A DNA stretch of 64,000 bases, taken from Octopus sinensis. Lineage: Eukaryota. Shown piece after piece: positions 49,746 through 61,327 of this stretch. Position 1 is the first letter of the stretch. Each line of letters starts with the position of its first letter. Below the pieces are notes generated by a model that saw only the letters and a list, made by a program, of their open reading frames with translations, searched no databases and was not told the DNA's origin. Position numbers and translations under genes: made by a program. Where the stretch lies: contig NC_043012.1 of assembly GCF_006345805.1 (NCBI RefSeq), positions 8,866,001-8,930,000 on the forward strand. Direction: 5' to 3'.

Positions 49746-49781
49746 GTTTAACGTTTCGAGCAGATGCTCTTCTTCGGAAAC
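49746..49781 (-). ncRNA. minimal hammerhead-like motif in UAP1 intron 1 (sense strand)
   Basis: GTTT-CCGAAGA-A-GAGC atct GCTC-GAAAC-GTT-AAAC; U4 is C. Confidence 0.4.
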
Positions 49782-50135
49782 AGAGGAAAGTCCAATAGAA
49801 GGGAAGACGGAGGAAGAAAATCACCAACGATTCATGTGGCTACATTTTGAAATGACTGGAAGGGAATGGGTGAAGAAAAAGCTCTTTCTAAGACAGGAGA
49901 GAAGAGGGTATGTGTGGGTATGTGCCTACTTGCAAGTCTGTGTGCGTGTGTAATAGCATGTATGTGTGTGTGGTTTTGGCTGTTTATATGTGTATGTGTG
50001 AGCGAACTTTGTGCTGCTTGATGTTGCAGGAATAATTCAGCAGCAGAAGTGGCAGTCTTTTGTGTAGTTGTGTGTCTCTTCACATGTGTGTAGAGGAATG
50101 GTCAGTAGAATGGTGTTTGACTGGCAATTATGTAT

Positions 50136-50522
50136 ACTCTTTTACTCTTTTACTTGTTTCAGTCATTTGACTGCGGCCATGCTGGAGCACCGCCTTTAGT
50201 CGAGCAAATCGACCCCGGGAATTATTCTTTGTAAGTCCAGTACTTATTCTATCGGTCTCTTTTGCCAAACCGCTACGTGACGGGGACGTAAACACACCAG
50301 CATCGGTTGTCAAGCAATGCTAGGGGGACAAACACACATACACATATAGACATATATACGACAGGCTTCTTTTAGTTTCCGTCTACCAAATCCACTCACA
50401 AGGCATTGGTCGGCCCGGGGCTATAGCAGAAGACACTTGCCCAAGATGCCACGCAGTGGGACTGAACCCGGAACCATGTGGTTGGTTAGCAAGCTACTTA
50501 CCACACAGCCACTCCTGCGCCT
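50136..50522 (-). mobile_element. SINE B
   Basis: Consensus match. Confidence 0.88.
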
Positions 50523-50995
50523 ATATATATATATATATATATGTAATAAATATGTTGAGTTACTTCTTCAACTTGTCTTTATGTACAGGACACACAACTT
50601 TGTACCAACTGGCTACATACACATTGACAGTCCTGTACCAACCAGGACTAGACCTGTACCTACCGGTACTAACTAAACACACACAAAGTAAGGGGGGTGG
50701 AGACAAGATAGACTAATGGAGCTATCATTTACCTTACCGCTTGACCTTAATGATCAATTTCAATAAACAATCTGACTCATACAAGCATGGAAAGTGGACG
50801 TTTAAAACAAAGATGATATATCTAAGTGTTTTTCTGTGTGATGGGCTTCCATACAATTTCTAACCCACCCTGCCAAATTTCACCCACAAAGCATTACAAT
50901 TTTTTTTTAACTCTACGAAATCTGCTAATACAAACTGAAAAACACTGAAAAATTTGATTGTGAAATTATAAGAAACATCCAAAAAATCCTCTTAC

Positions 50996-51266
50996 CTTTT
51001 TCATAGTATTTGGCTAACTGTTCTGGTGATGAGTTCTGAAAACTCCCATAGACATCTGAAGGCAGAGGCTGTAGAAGATCATCAATCTTGTTGCAGGCTG
51101 CTTTCAGAGTTTCCTGGGCATTTTTAAAGTAGCCTGTGATTTCTTCCAAGTTCAATTTCTTCAGTTCTTCTAGATAGCTGTTTTGTTCAGCTTTGCTTAG
51201 TTCATTCCAGAACTTAACAAGATGTTCTTGCCCATATTTCTCCAATTGTGGTTTAATACTCTCCAT
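50996..51266 (-). CDS. UAP1: UAP1 coding exon 1 (ATG 4 nt after the acceptor at 51270)
   Basis: ctttgtttacag|AAAT ATG; MESIKPQLEKYGQEHLVKFWNEL..LQPLPSDVYGS..YYEKG; GTAAG donor, phase 1. Confidence 0.93.
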
Positions 51267-51565
51267 ATTTCTGTAAACAAAGATTAAATATATACACAGA
51301 TATACATATATATATATATATACATATATTATACACCATCTCCACGCCCCCCCAAAACTTAAGTTTCCCAAAGTATTAGGGAGTTTTAAATTGTCAAGTT
51401 TTATATGATATTCGTTTGAAGATATTCAGGTCTTGATGTTGGTGGTCTTGTACTATGGTTGTAGGTAGCAGTGGTAGTCATGGATGGCAGGATGTGTAGT
51501 GTGTGTGTGTTTGCATGTTGGTGGTAGTGTTAATATGGATCTATGTGCATGCAAAAGAAATGTGC

Positions 51566-51812
51566 ACTGAAAGAAGCCCGTCGTATATATATATATATAT
51601 ATACATATATGTGTGTTATTGTGTTTGTCCCCCCAACATCGCTTGACAACCGATGGTGGTATGTTTATGTCCCCGTAACTTAGCAGTTCGGCAAAACAGA
51701 CCGATAGAATAAGTACTAGGCTTACAAAGAATAAGCCTTGGGGTCGATTTGCTCAACTAAAGGCGGTGCTCCAGCATGGCCGCAGTCAAATGACTGAAAC
51801 AAGTAAAAGAGA
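51566..51812 (+). mobile_element. SINE B (headless)
   Basis: Body and tail match. Confidence 0.85.
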
Positions 51813-51933
51813 GTATGCATCTCTTGATATACAAGGGGAAGGAAGACAGGAGGAAGTAGCATACGTGTGTAGGTATGTACAGACATACATCTCTATACAT
51901 GTAAGTGCATGTGTGTATACATATACACATGTA

Positions 51934-52615
51934 TAACCCTTTAGCATTTAAACCAGATGTATCACACCAAATTATTCTATCTGTTTTATGCTCAAACTGA
52001 CCTCTCACACCTGCCCTACAATGTCATTCTAAAAATAAACAATCACATCACATCTCCAAAATCTTAAAGCTATAAGATAACGCATGATTTGGTGTCACAT
52101 AACTGGCATATAAAAAGCACCTTTGAGCATTGGGCCTCATGGAGGCAAAGTGGCCAATGCCGGTGGTATGTGAAAAACCTCCTTTGAGCGTTGGGCCTCA
52201 CAGAAGCAATGACCGAGACCTTTGGTATTATGTCATGCTTGAGAGGAAGACCCATCAAGCCAAGTAGAAATCAGTCATGGCAGATACTGGTGTCAGTAGC
52301 ACGTAAAATTCAATTCAATTCAATTCAATTTTTATTGGCTCAAAAAGCAAAAGCAAGGCCATGTAGGGGGACAGGGAGTTATGTACAGGGAGGGTGGTCA
52401 TACAAAGAGTTCAGGCCATTACGCTCTCGGAGTGGTTGGCATTGGGAAGGGCATCCAGCCATAGAAACCATGCTAAATATCAGACTGGAGTCTGGTGCAG
52501 CCTTCCAGCTCTGGTCAAATTGTCCAACGCATGCCAGCATGGACAACGGACGTTAAATGATGATGATGTGAATAAATAAGCATTACATTTGATAGAATTA
52601 TCTCAGTGCTAAAGG
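51934..52615. mobile_element. nested cluster: MITE E containing a family D element containing a CR1 tail
   Basis: MITE 51934-52090 and 52568-52615; RTE 3' end 52091-52567 (+); CR1 tail 52308-52418 (-). Confidence 0.75.
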
Positions 52616-53610
52616 AATACACACAGACACATACACACATAAGAGTTTGCAAATATCTAATTAACATAACAAAATACTGCACAATTAGGAAGAAAGGTAA
52701 CTGACAGCAGAGTGCTTCTGAAATTATTCTTGTATACTTATATCCTGTCATTTCATTTGTTATGGATATGACCATATCATCACAACAAGGTGACATAGGA
52801 TTTGGCCGGACTGAGGCTATAGGAGAAGACACTTGCCCAAGGTGCCATGCAGTGGAACTGAACCCAGAATCATGTGGTTGGTATGCAAGCGACTTACCAC
52901 ACACCCACTCCTGCGTCTCTCTCTCTCTATATATAAACACATACACAAATACAGCTGTAATATACACACCTATAATGTCTGGTGTTTACTAGATTTTGGA
53001 GCTGACGATAAAGGTAGGAGAGGAGAAACTGAGTGTGTATGAAATGGGGAGAGAGAGAGGAGAGTGAAGAAGGAGGGAGAGAATAAAATGGGGGAGGTTA
53101 GAACGACATAAAATTATAGAGGGGGAGATGGAGTAAGAAGAAAGCATTTGACAGAAAGGAAAACAAGTTTAACGCACCAGTAATAGTTTGTATACGTGTT
53201 ACAACAACAATAAACCGTCTACTTGTATTTTAGAATATTTTTAGATCACACCTCGTATGAATTGTCTAATTATGAGTGAAAAGAAAAATATAATTACATG
53301 CAAAAGCGTGAAATAACGATTGTAAGATGTCTGAAGTGTTTATAAAAAAAAAGAGAGAGAAGAATTTTAACAAGTTGATTAGCGTTGTAGGGCAAATGGC
53401 ACGAGCGACGTGTTGTCAGTCATGTGAAAGTTCTCTAACCACCCTACTACCACTTTCACTACTATGATTTTAAGATCACAAATGTTGAACATTAATCACG
53501 AGTTTCTCTCCACTTTGCTACAGGTTGTGATAGTAAGTCAGACTGCGTCAACCCTAAGGCAGTAGGGCCACTTTAGATTAACCGCTTGTCTCCAAATACC
53601 TCATCATATC

Positions 53611-53838
53611 TGTTTCTTTACTACCCACAAGGGGCTAAACATAGAGGGGACAAACAAGGACAGACTAACGGATTGAGTCGATTACATCGACCCCAGTGCG
53701 TAACTGGTACTTAATTTATCGACCCCGAAAGGATGAAAGGCAAAGTCGACCTCGGCGGGATTTGAACTCAGAACGTAACGGCAGACGAAATACGGCTACG
53801 CATTTCGCCCGGCGTGCTAACGTTTCTGCCAGCTCGCC
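53611..53838 (-). mobile_element. SINE C, full length, CpG-intact
   Basis: TSD CATCATATC at 53602-53610 and 53838-53846. Confidence 0.9.
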
Positions 53839-54029
53839 ATCATATCCACACCTTAATCCAGTAGTTCTCGAACTGGTGTTTAATAAACGGTTCTCCTCAT
53901 TAAATGAATAAACCAAAATAGCTTGTATCTTTAAACTTTCTCCAGCATAGTATTGCTGGACAAGTTGACTGTTAATCTATCCTAATTTTATTAAACGTGG
54001 TATTTTGTCTTCCCCCATTTCAATCCTCA

Positions 54030-54345
54030 CAGCCAGTGCATACAGAGCAGTTGCCCGGGGCCTCACGGGTTTAGCTAGGAGCTAGAGCCGACTTAAGATA
54101 AGGTCACATTGGGCAGTTACCCTGGTGCCCTACGGATCTAAGGGCCCTATACTGAACTACGTATGCTGTAGTTTGTTCTCAATAAATACCTAAGGACTCA
54201 CGGGGTTCTATAATATTACTAAGACGGCCCTGTTAGGGGCCTCAGTTCTGATCCACGTATGCTGTGGTTTAGTATCATTAAATAAATACTATAGGCTCCC
54301 AGTGCACTGATTTACCCTCAGGCCTATAATGCTAAGACGGCTCGG
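54030..54345. mobile_element. MITE-like element with duplicated right half
   Basis: TAGAGCCGACTTAAG at 54083 is inverted to CTAAGACGGCCCTG at 54219; a second CTAAGACGGCTCGG at 54332. Confidence 0.45.
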
Positions 54346-55203
54346 GCTCAAAGCCCTTAGTGAGAAACACTGCCTTACTCCACCTAAGGCTATCATTGTA
54401 TTAAAGCCCACACTTAAACTACTCACCACCTCATCACACGAAGTACATCATATTTCAATAAATCTAAGACATAAATGTTCTTTGATAAGATCCCCCCCCC
54501 CCCAAAAAAAAATTAGACGGGAAATGGTGTACTGATATATCAGATGCAGTAGGGCTGATGCAGCTGAATGTTCATATCTTATACGAGATCGTTTTATCTA
54601 TATATATATATATATTTTTAAGAGGAAAGAAAGTTAGGAATGTGTGTGTGTGTGTGTGTGTGTTCATATTTTTTTTTGTCTCCGCTCCTCTGCGTTCTGA
54701 GTTCAAATCCCGCTTCGTCACGGAGAGAAGGAGGAACAATTGTCAGGAGTTGCGACCAATTGATAGTATCAGGAATTTTAAAAATAAAAAAGCAAAAAAA
54801 CAACTGAAATAGTTTCTTTAGTTCAATCGAAGACCGACTGTCTCTACCCCGCCACTCTTAGTTTATTAATCGTGGAAAGACGTCAAACAAATTCAAACAT
54901 TATCAGATTTCATGTTCTAGTTAAAAATAGACGATAGTCTGTCTCAGACACTTTTTATTGCTAAGTCAGGAGAGGCGTGGGGGGAAGGTCCAGAGCTCAC
55001 GACACGAGTTATTTTAATGGCTTTTGAGACGAGGGATGAAGGGAGGATGATATCCTCAAACCAGACTCTTGGCTCGACTGGTTAAACAAGGACCAGGAAT
55101 TTGTCTTGAACCAGACGACATACATCACACACACATACCATATGTATACGGGGCCACCCATTAACAGCAGCCTTCACCAGCATTTTGAATCTCCCCCACT
55201 CTA

Positions 55204-55560
55204 CTAAATAAACACTAATAGGGTTTTCCTAAAAGTCAAATGTACTGGACACCTCCTTCTCTCGTCATCACTTATCAGTGGCTTCTCACCCTTGAGAAAT
55301 TTTATGAAATTTAACATCGTTGCATTTAACATCAGTAGTACATTCGACCATGACTGAAAAGTAAATCTCCTGGGGGCAGAGGCAACAGTACCCGCCCATG
55401 TGTTATATTCATTTCTTGAATAGGTTGCTTCTTGCCATATCATATTACAGCAGTGTGAGTTGAAACAATCTAGAGCCAAAGATTTGTGAATTGTTGCGTG
55501 CTCCAGGGTTCATCTTTATTTATTTGTAACACACGACAACGCCTATACAGGATAATTCTA
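55204..55560 (-). mobile_element. possible L1/Tx1-type LINE C-terminal remnant
   Basis: RRC....DETLEHA.IH resembles the ORF2 C-terminal CCHC knuckle region; weak. Confidence 0.25.
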
Positions 55561-56127
55561 CTCTTCATTGCACTCAAACCTTTCACACCGAAGGGTTATT
55601 TGCAAGCAACTTAGAAGACCTCATACCAAAGTATGCATTGGTTCCTTAATTTTGCCCCCTTCAACCGTAAAAGCACACACACACACACACAAATTACGAG
55701 TCCCCACCTTACGCTTAAGCGTCACGCAATTAGTACCCTTATGATAGCTTCAAATAGCAGGCATTATCATCACTGGTTTTTGAGGTGTGTGTCTGCACAC
55801 ACATTGTAGTCGGACATATATATATATAAGTATATATATATATATATCACAAAATAAAAGGGTGGGGAAAAACCCAACGGAGTTTCGGATTAGACCCCAT
55901 ACAAATTGGAAAAAAACCCCAGCAAATTATCCCTGTGTTTCGAACAACGGAAATTACAATTCTGAAAAACAATAAAACATACACAGAGACAAGCGGGGGC
56001 GGGGGAGTCATTCGACTGAATGGTCTTAGAAGTGGGTTTTTTTTTTTGTCCCACGCTCAGCTTCGATTCGCCCCACCCACTAAGTTTATAGCGCATTTCG
56101 TTGCGGACAGCTGGGGAACCGCCTTCA

Positions 56128-56404
56128 GAAATTTTATTCCAATAGACACCGGTACTTATTTTATTTTTAAGCTAGGTACTTAATTTATCGATCGTATTTG
56201 CCGAGCCGCTAAGTTACGGACATGTAAACACACCAACACCGGTTGTCAAGCGGTGGCATGGGACAAACACACACACACGACGGGCTTCCTTCACTTCCCG
56301 TCTATCAAATGCACCCACAAGGCTCTAGTCGGTCCGAGATTGTTGTGATCCCGGAACCTTGTGGTTGGGAAGCAGAGTTCTTACCACACAGCCACGCCTG
56401 CGCC
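56128..56404 (-). mobile_element. older SINE B variant
   Basis: Diverged consensus match. Confidence 0.7.
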
Positions 56405-58671
56405 TTTTATAGAAATAATGCACCCCTCACCAAAAATATGGTTACGCTTCGCCGGTTGGGAATGCGCTTAATCGAGTAACAACGTTCCAACCCATAGACA
56501 TCTGACTTTTTTCTTTTACTATAGCGACTTGCTCCTCAGAGCCAGCAGGCTATCTTTCGCTTGAACTCCACTCACTCATCTTTCCTCTGTCATTACCTAT
56601 CACTACACCGACGTTCAATTCTTTCTTCCATAACTTTGGCTCTCAGGAATTCGCGGCGCATGATATATGCGCAGGGATTTTTTATTCAAAATGATTGCCA
56701 TTTTTCGTCCATAAAAACACTCGACTTCTAACAAGGTAAACACTTTCGCTTTCACTGAAGCCTAGAAAGAAAAAGTGCCGAATTCCTTCACTATGCATAA
56801 ACCTTTTTACGCCGCAGCCGTCAACTCGGCAACAATTTAGTGGAACATTAATGACATCAGACTATGACGGTTTGCGGAGGGCGAGGGTACCGATCCTTTC
56901 TCGAACGAAACTAACAACAAACTAACAACAAAGATCGTCCAGAATAGGCTATTAAGCGGCTTGTGATAGTTACATGTGATCGGTGCAACAACAGTGAACA
57001 AAAGTGGGTGGAAACTAGACACAAGAAAATCATAAGAAACAATGTATACAATGTGTCGTTTGAAAGAATTAAAGTATTACGGAGATGTACTTGCATAGCA
57101 AGTGACTTGATCTGAGATCGTGTGCTGAAACGAAAACAATTGCAGCGTGGAAGGTGTTTGTAAGCCATTTAAGAAACACACAAAAGCCGTTCGATTCACT
57201 TCAACATTTAAGTTTAATTTGTCAAAATTTTTTCGTCGCTTAAAGACCGCGACCTGTTCACTGACAAAAATTAAAGTATTATCTCTGCTTTATTTTGCTT
57301 TTTTTTTTTACTACAGTGTGTAAACGAAAAATAACCAACTATATTAGATAAATACTTTACTATAAACTTTATATACACATACATTGCATATATAGATACA
57401 TGCATTACATACATTTTATATACATACATACGTGCATTACATGTATTTTATATACATATATGCATTACATTATACACTCATGTAAGTGGATGGGCTTCGT
57501 TAGCTCGTTAATCATCACACACTGTCGTGAATAGATTAACTCTTTTTTTTCTCTCGTATGGATGTCAAGTTGAACTGTCAGCAAGTTGGACATTAAGTCC
57601 GGACAGTTGTTGACGTTTGAATCATTTATACACAAACCCCAATCAATGTATACATACATACACACACACACACGTCAGGGCAAGTTGTTGGGACAAGGCG
57701 TGGACGTAGATGGAGAGAGAGAGACAGAGAGACAAACTAAAATGTTGCTTGCATTTAGAGTGAGAAGAGACATTAAGCAAGTCGTATACCTAAGCTATTT
57801 AGATTTGAGATGGGGACTGGGCAGTTGCCATTGGGTGCTTCTAAAGAGATTTAGTTTACTCGATGTATATCTTCAAATACCTCAACGTCTCCTCACCCGA
57901 TGAATTTTGTTTCTGTTTTATCTGTAACGTTTAGTTTTGCTATCGCATAAATGGGACAACGCATAAACATCATTATCATCAAGTCCCATGGTCGATATAA
58001 TGAACGTCTCTCCTCTTTAAAACAGCAGGAATCATTATTATTATTACAGAATGATAAAGTCGCAAATGTGGGAAGTGATGGGTTGCATGCATCGCAGTCT
58101 TTAATTATGGCTCGTGTTCGCTTCGGATCATTCCAAAGTTAACTCGGTCCACTCGTTGCTCCTGGGCTGATAAAGTACATTCCAGTAATGTACAGTGTTC
58201 GATTGAACCGATTACACCTCTAGCCTTCAACATTAGTGGTCATCAGGAAAGCAGTGGAAGTCGACTTTATGCTCTTAGAAGAGGACGAAGTACTTAAGTT
58301 TCAGTTTCGTTCATCCCCTAACGATGTTGGAATGAATATCTTTGCTATGTTTACGAAACACGGAAAATGAATTGCCTGTTTATAATTGAGAGAACAACTG
58401 AATACATTTTAGGACAACTATGTACTCCAACACACACGCACAAAAACAAATCAAGATAACAAAAGTAAACGAACTGCCAAAAGGGAGGTTAATAAAAGTA
58501 ACGAACATTAATTAATTCATTAATTAAAGTCCAGATCTTTCAAATCCAATCACCAATTCGAATTTCCTTAAATATGTCTCTGTTTAACGTGATTAAAATA
58601 TATGTCTCCCGTTCGAAAGATATAATTAAAAAAAAAAAAAAAGGTGTAATGAAACGAAGAAAAGGCCTTAC

Positions 58672-58800
58672 CTTTAATCAAGATGCGTCCGTCTCCTCTG
58701 GGAAACAAAATTTGAATAAGCCGGTGCTAGCAGCGCTTTTACCTTTTTAATACGTGGCAAACGGAATCCTTCCGCGATGAACAAAATAGTTCGTAAGAAA
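58672..58800 (-). promoter_or_regulatory. candidate non-coding first exon / promoter of UAP1
   Basis: Strong donor TTAAAG|GTAAGG (exon end 58672); no ATG in the segment; CpG-richer context; coding exon 1 needs an upstream exon; TSS position is a guess. Confidence 0.45.
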
Positions 58801-59100
58801 TTTGTTTCAAGCAACGACAACACCAAATAGATTTCCTTCAGAGAACTAATACGAGAAGATTTAAAGATAATTTTATTTTATGCCTGAAAAGTAATCCAAT
58901 ATAGCGGTTAATCTACTAGATTAATTGGTTTAGAAACAAGTTATGATAAACTATGTGGTTAGGATATCTGGTGTAAGGATAACTTTCGTTTACTTCTGTT
59001 ACATTGATTAAAAATATATGGATCGCTGGGTAAATGAGGGTGTGCTAAGCGTCCCGTGTGGTTATGTGCTTTTGTATGTGTGTTCCTCACTCTCTCTCTC

Positions 59101-59176
<76 letters not shown>

Positions 59177-59179
<3 letters not shown>

Positions 59180-59290
59180 AGAAGGAGCTTCTACAGGACT
59201 AGAACTGTTTCATTCAAGAGAAATCTTCAGGGCTTCCTGAAGATTTCTCTTGAATGAAACAGTTCTAGTCCTGTAGAAGCTCCTTCTATA
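59177..59290. repeat. perfect inverted repeat, 55-bp arms, 4-nt loop
   Basis: 59177-59231 is the exact reverse complement of 59236-59290. Confidence 0.95.
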
Positions 59291-59643
59291 TAATAAATTA
59301 ATTTTACTCTGCTATGTATTGAGTACCTTATTTACTGTGGTTAACCCCGAATCAACCCGGGACCTACATATATATATATATGTATATATTGGGTACAATA
59401 ACTTCAGTTTATATGTGTTGTATACGTATGTTTGTGTGTATAAATGTAAATGTGTGTTTGGGAATAGGTATGAATTGTGTGTGTGTGAGTGTGTGCGTTC
59501 GTGCGTGTGTTTATGCCAGGCTGTACCTGATTGTATGCTGGCATTCTTTCGGTGCTACTTTAATCGAAAGAATGTTTACATGTTATCAGTCATGCAGTTT
59601 ATGTTGTACAACATAAATAAAAAAAAAAAGCGATGCATGCGCG

Positions 59644-59822
<179 letters not shown>

Positions 59823-60071
59823 ATATATATATATAATAGATCGTTAGCCACTACACATTTTTTTCTCTCCTTGTTTCTTCCTGAGTTCCTTTCTGTAGAA
59901 GAGCGTAGGCTCGAAACCTAAAAGACTTTTTCTATTCCTGAGCGTTATACTAATACATCTGTTTGTTTTGTACACTACTTGTCTTCGTCTTTTGTTGTTT
60001 TTTCGTAAATTCTCCCTAAATATATATGTATATATATACATATATATATATATACATACATATATATATAT

Positions 60072-60102
<31 letters not shown>

Positions 60103-60769
60103 CATACATAGTTGAAGTGACCTGTCAAGGGTAGAAACTCCGGGTTCATATATACATACATATATATATATATATATATACACCTGTACGTACACGCACA
60201 CATACACGTTTGTTTATGTTTTTGACATTTGGTCAGAAAGTTAAGTTCATGAGCCTTTATTTTTTGTTCAAGTTGATCAAAGCCCAGCTTGAACCCTTGC
60301 CAAAAAATGACATGACCTCTGCTAAAGACATTCTTGAACCAGATACTGGCATTACATTGGACATTGAACAAAGGCTACAACCAAGAACTTGGACAAGTTC
60401 TTTATTTTATTGACCCTTGATAAAAGACGAAATTGACATATTTTAACAGGTAGAAAATGAAAATGTAGTCATCAATGATACTTTCTTAACAAAATCAAAA
60501 ATTGACGGAGAAGTGTTCCAAGAAACTCTCTTGGAAACTCTGTCAACGTTGGAATGGTTGTATTATCCTGGTTCCTCTGGGTGATTAATAATGTGACCAG
60601 ATGAATTTTGAAATGATTTCTGGGGTGTATCTTACAACAGCAAAGACCTAGAGAAACATCTTTTCGCATTGATATTATTAGCCCTTTTAATATCCACCTG
60701 ACCATCTTGATCTTCTGAATCTAGGCAATTACATCTCCCTCATCACAGAAAAGTTTGGTGGCATCATTA

Positions 60770-60866
60770 CCGATCCTTATTTTTGCTTACCAAACCGCTA
60801 AGTTACGGGGGATGTAAACACACCAACGTCAGTTGTCAAGTGATGTGGAGGGACAGACACAGGCAA

Positions 60867-60943
<77 letters not shown>

Positions 60944-61322
60944 CACGTAAAAAGGCACGCATGGAAAAAGCACCCACTACACTCACGGAGTGGTTGGCGT
61001 TAGAAAGGGCATCCAGCTGTAGAAACACTGCCAGATCAGACTGGAGCCTGGTGCAGCCTCCTGGCTTCCTAGACCCCGTTTGAACCGTCCAACACATGCC
61101 AGCATGGAAAACGGACGTTAAAGATGATGATGATGATGATGATATATATATATATAGATATTTATATATACGATGGGCTTCTTTCAGTTTCCATCTACCA
61201 AATCCACTCACAAGGCTTTGGCTGGCCCGAGGCTATAGTAGAAGATACTTGCCCAAGGTGCCATGCAGTGGGACTGAACCCGGAACCATGTGGTTGGTAA
61301 GCAAGCTACATACCACACAGCT
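60770..61322 (-). mobile_element. SINE B with a family D element (60943-61142, +) inserted in its central microsatellite
   Basis: The two B halves flank the D body. Confidence 0.8.
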
Positions 61323-61327
61323 ATTCC

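Noticed and set aside
50601-50672. Three TGTACC(A/T)AC motifs
   Set aside because: Short, and could arise by local slippage; no further support
55030-55070. GATGA-AGG-GAGG/CCTC-AAAC hammerhead-like remnant
   Set aside because: Both core segments are incomplete; too degenerate to call
56523-56562. Permuted hammerhead-like words on - (GAAA..AGCC/GGCT..CTGAGGA)
   Set aside because: Lacks a UH cleavage triplet and a stem III; stem II only 2 bp
58079-58290. ~70-codon open frame near the promoter
   Set aside because: No ATG, no splice support, no recognisable motif
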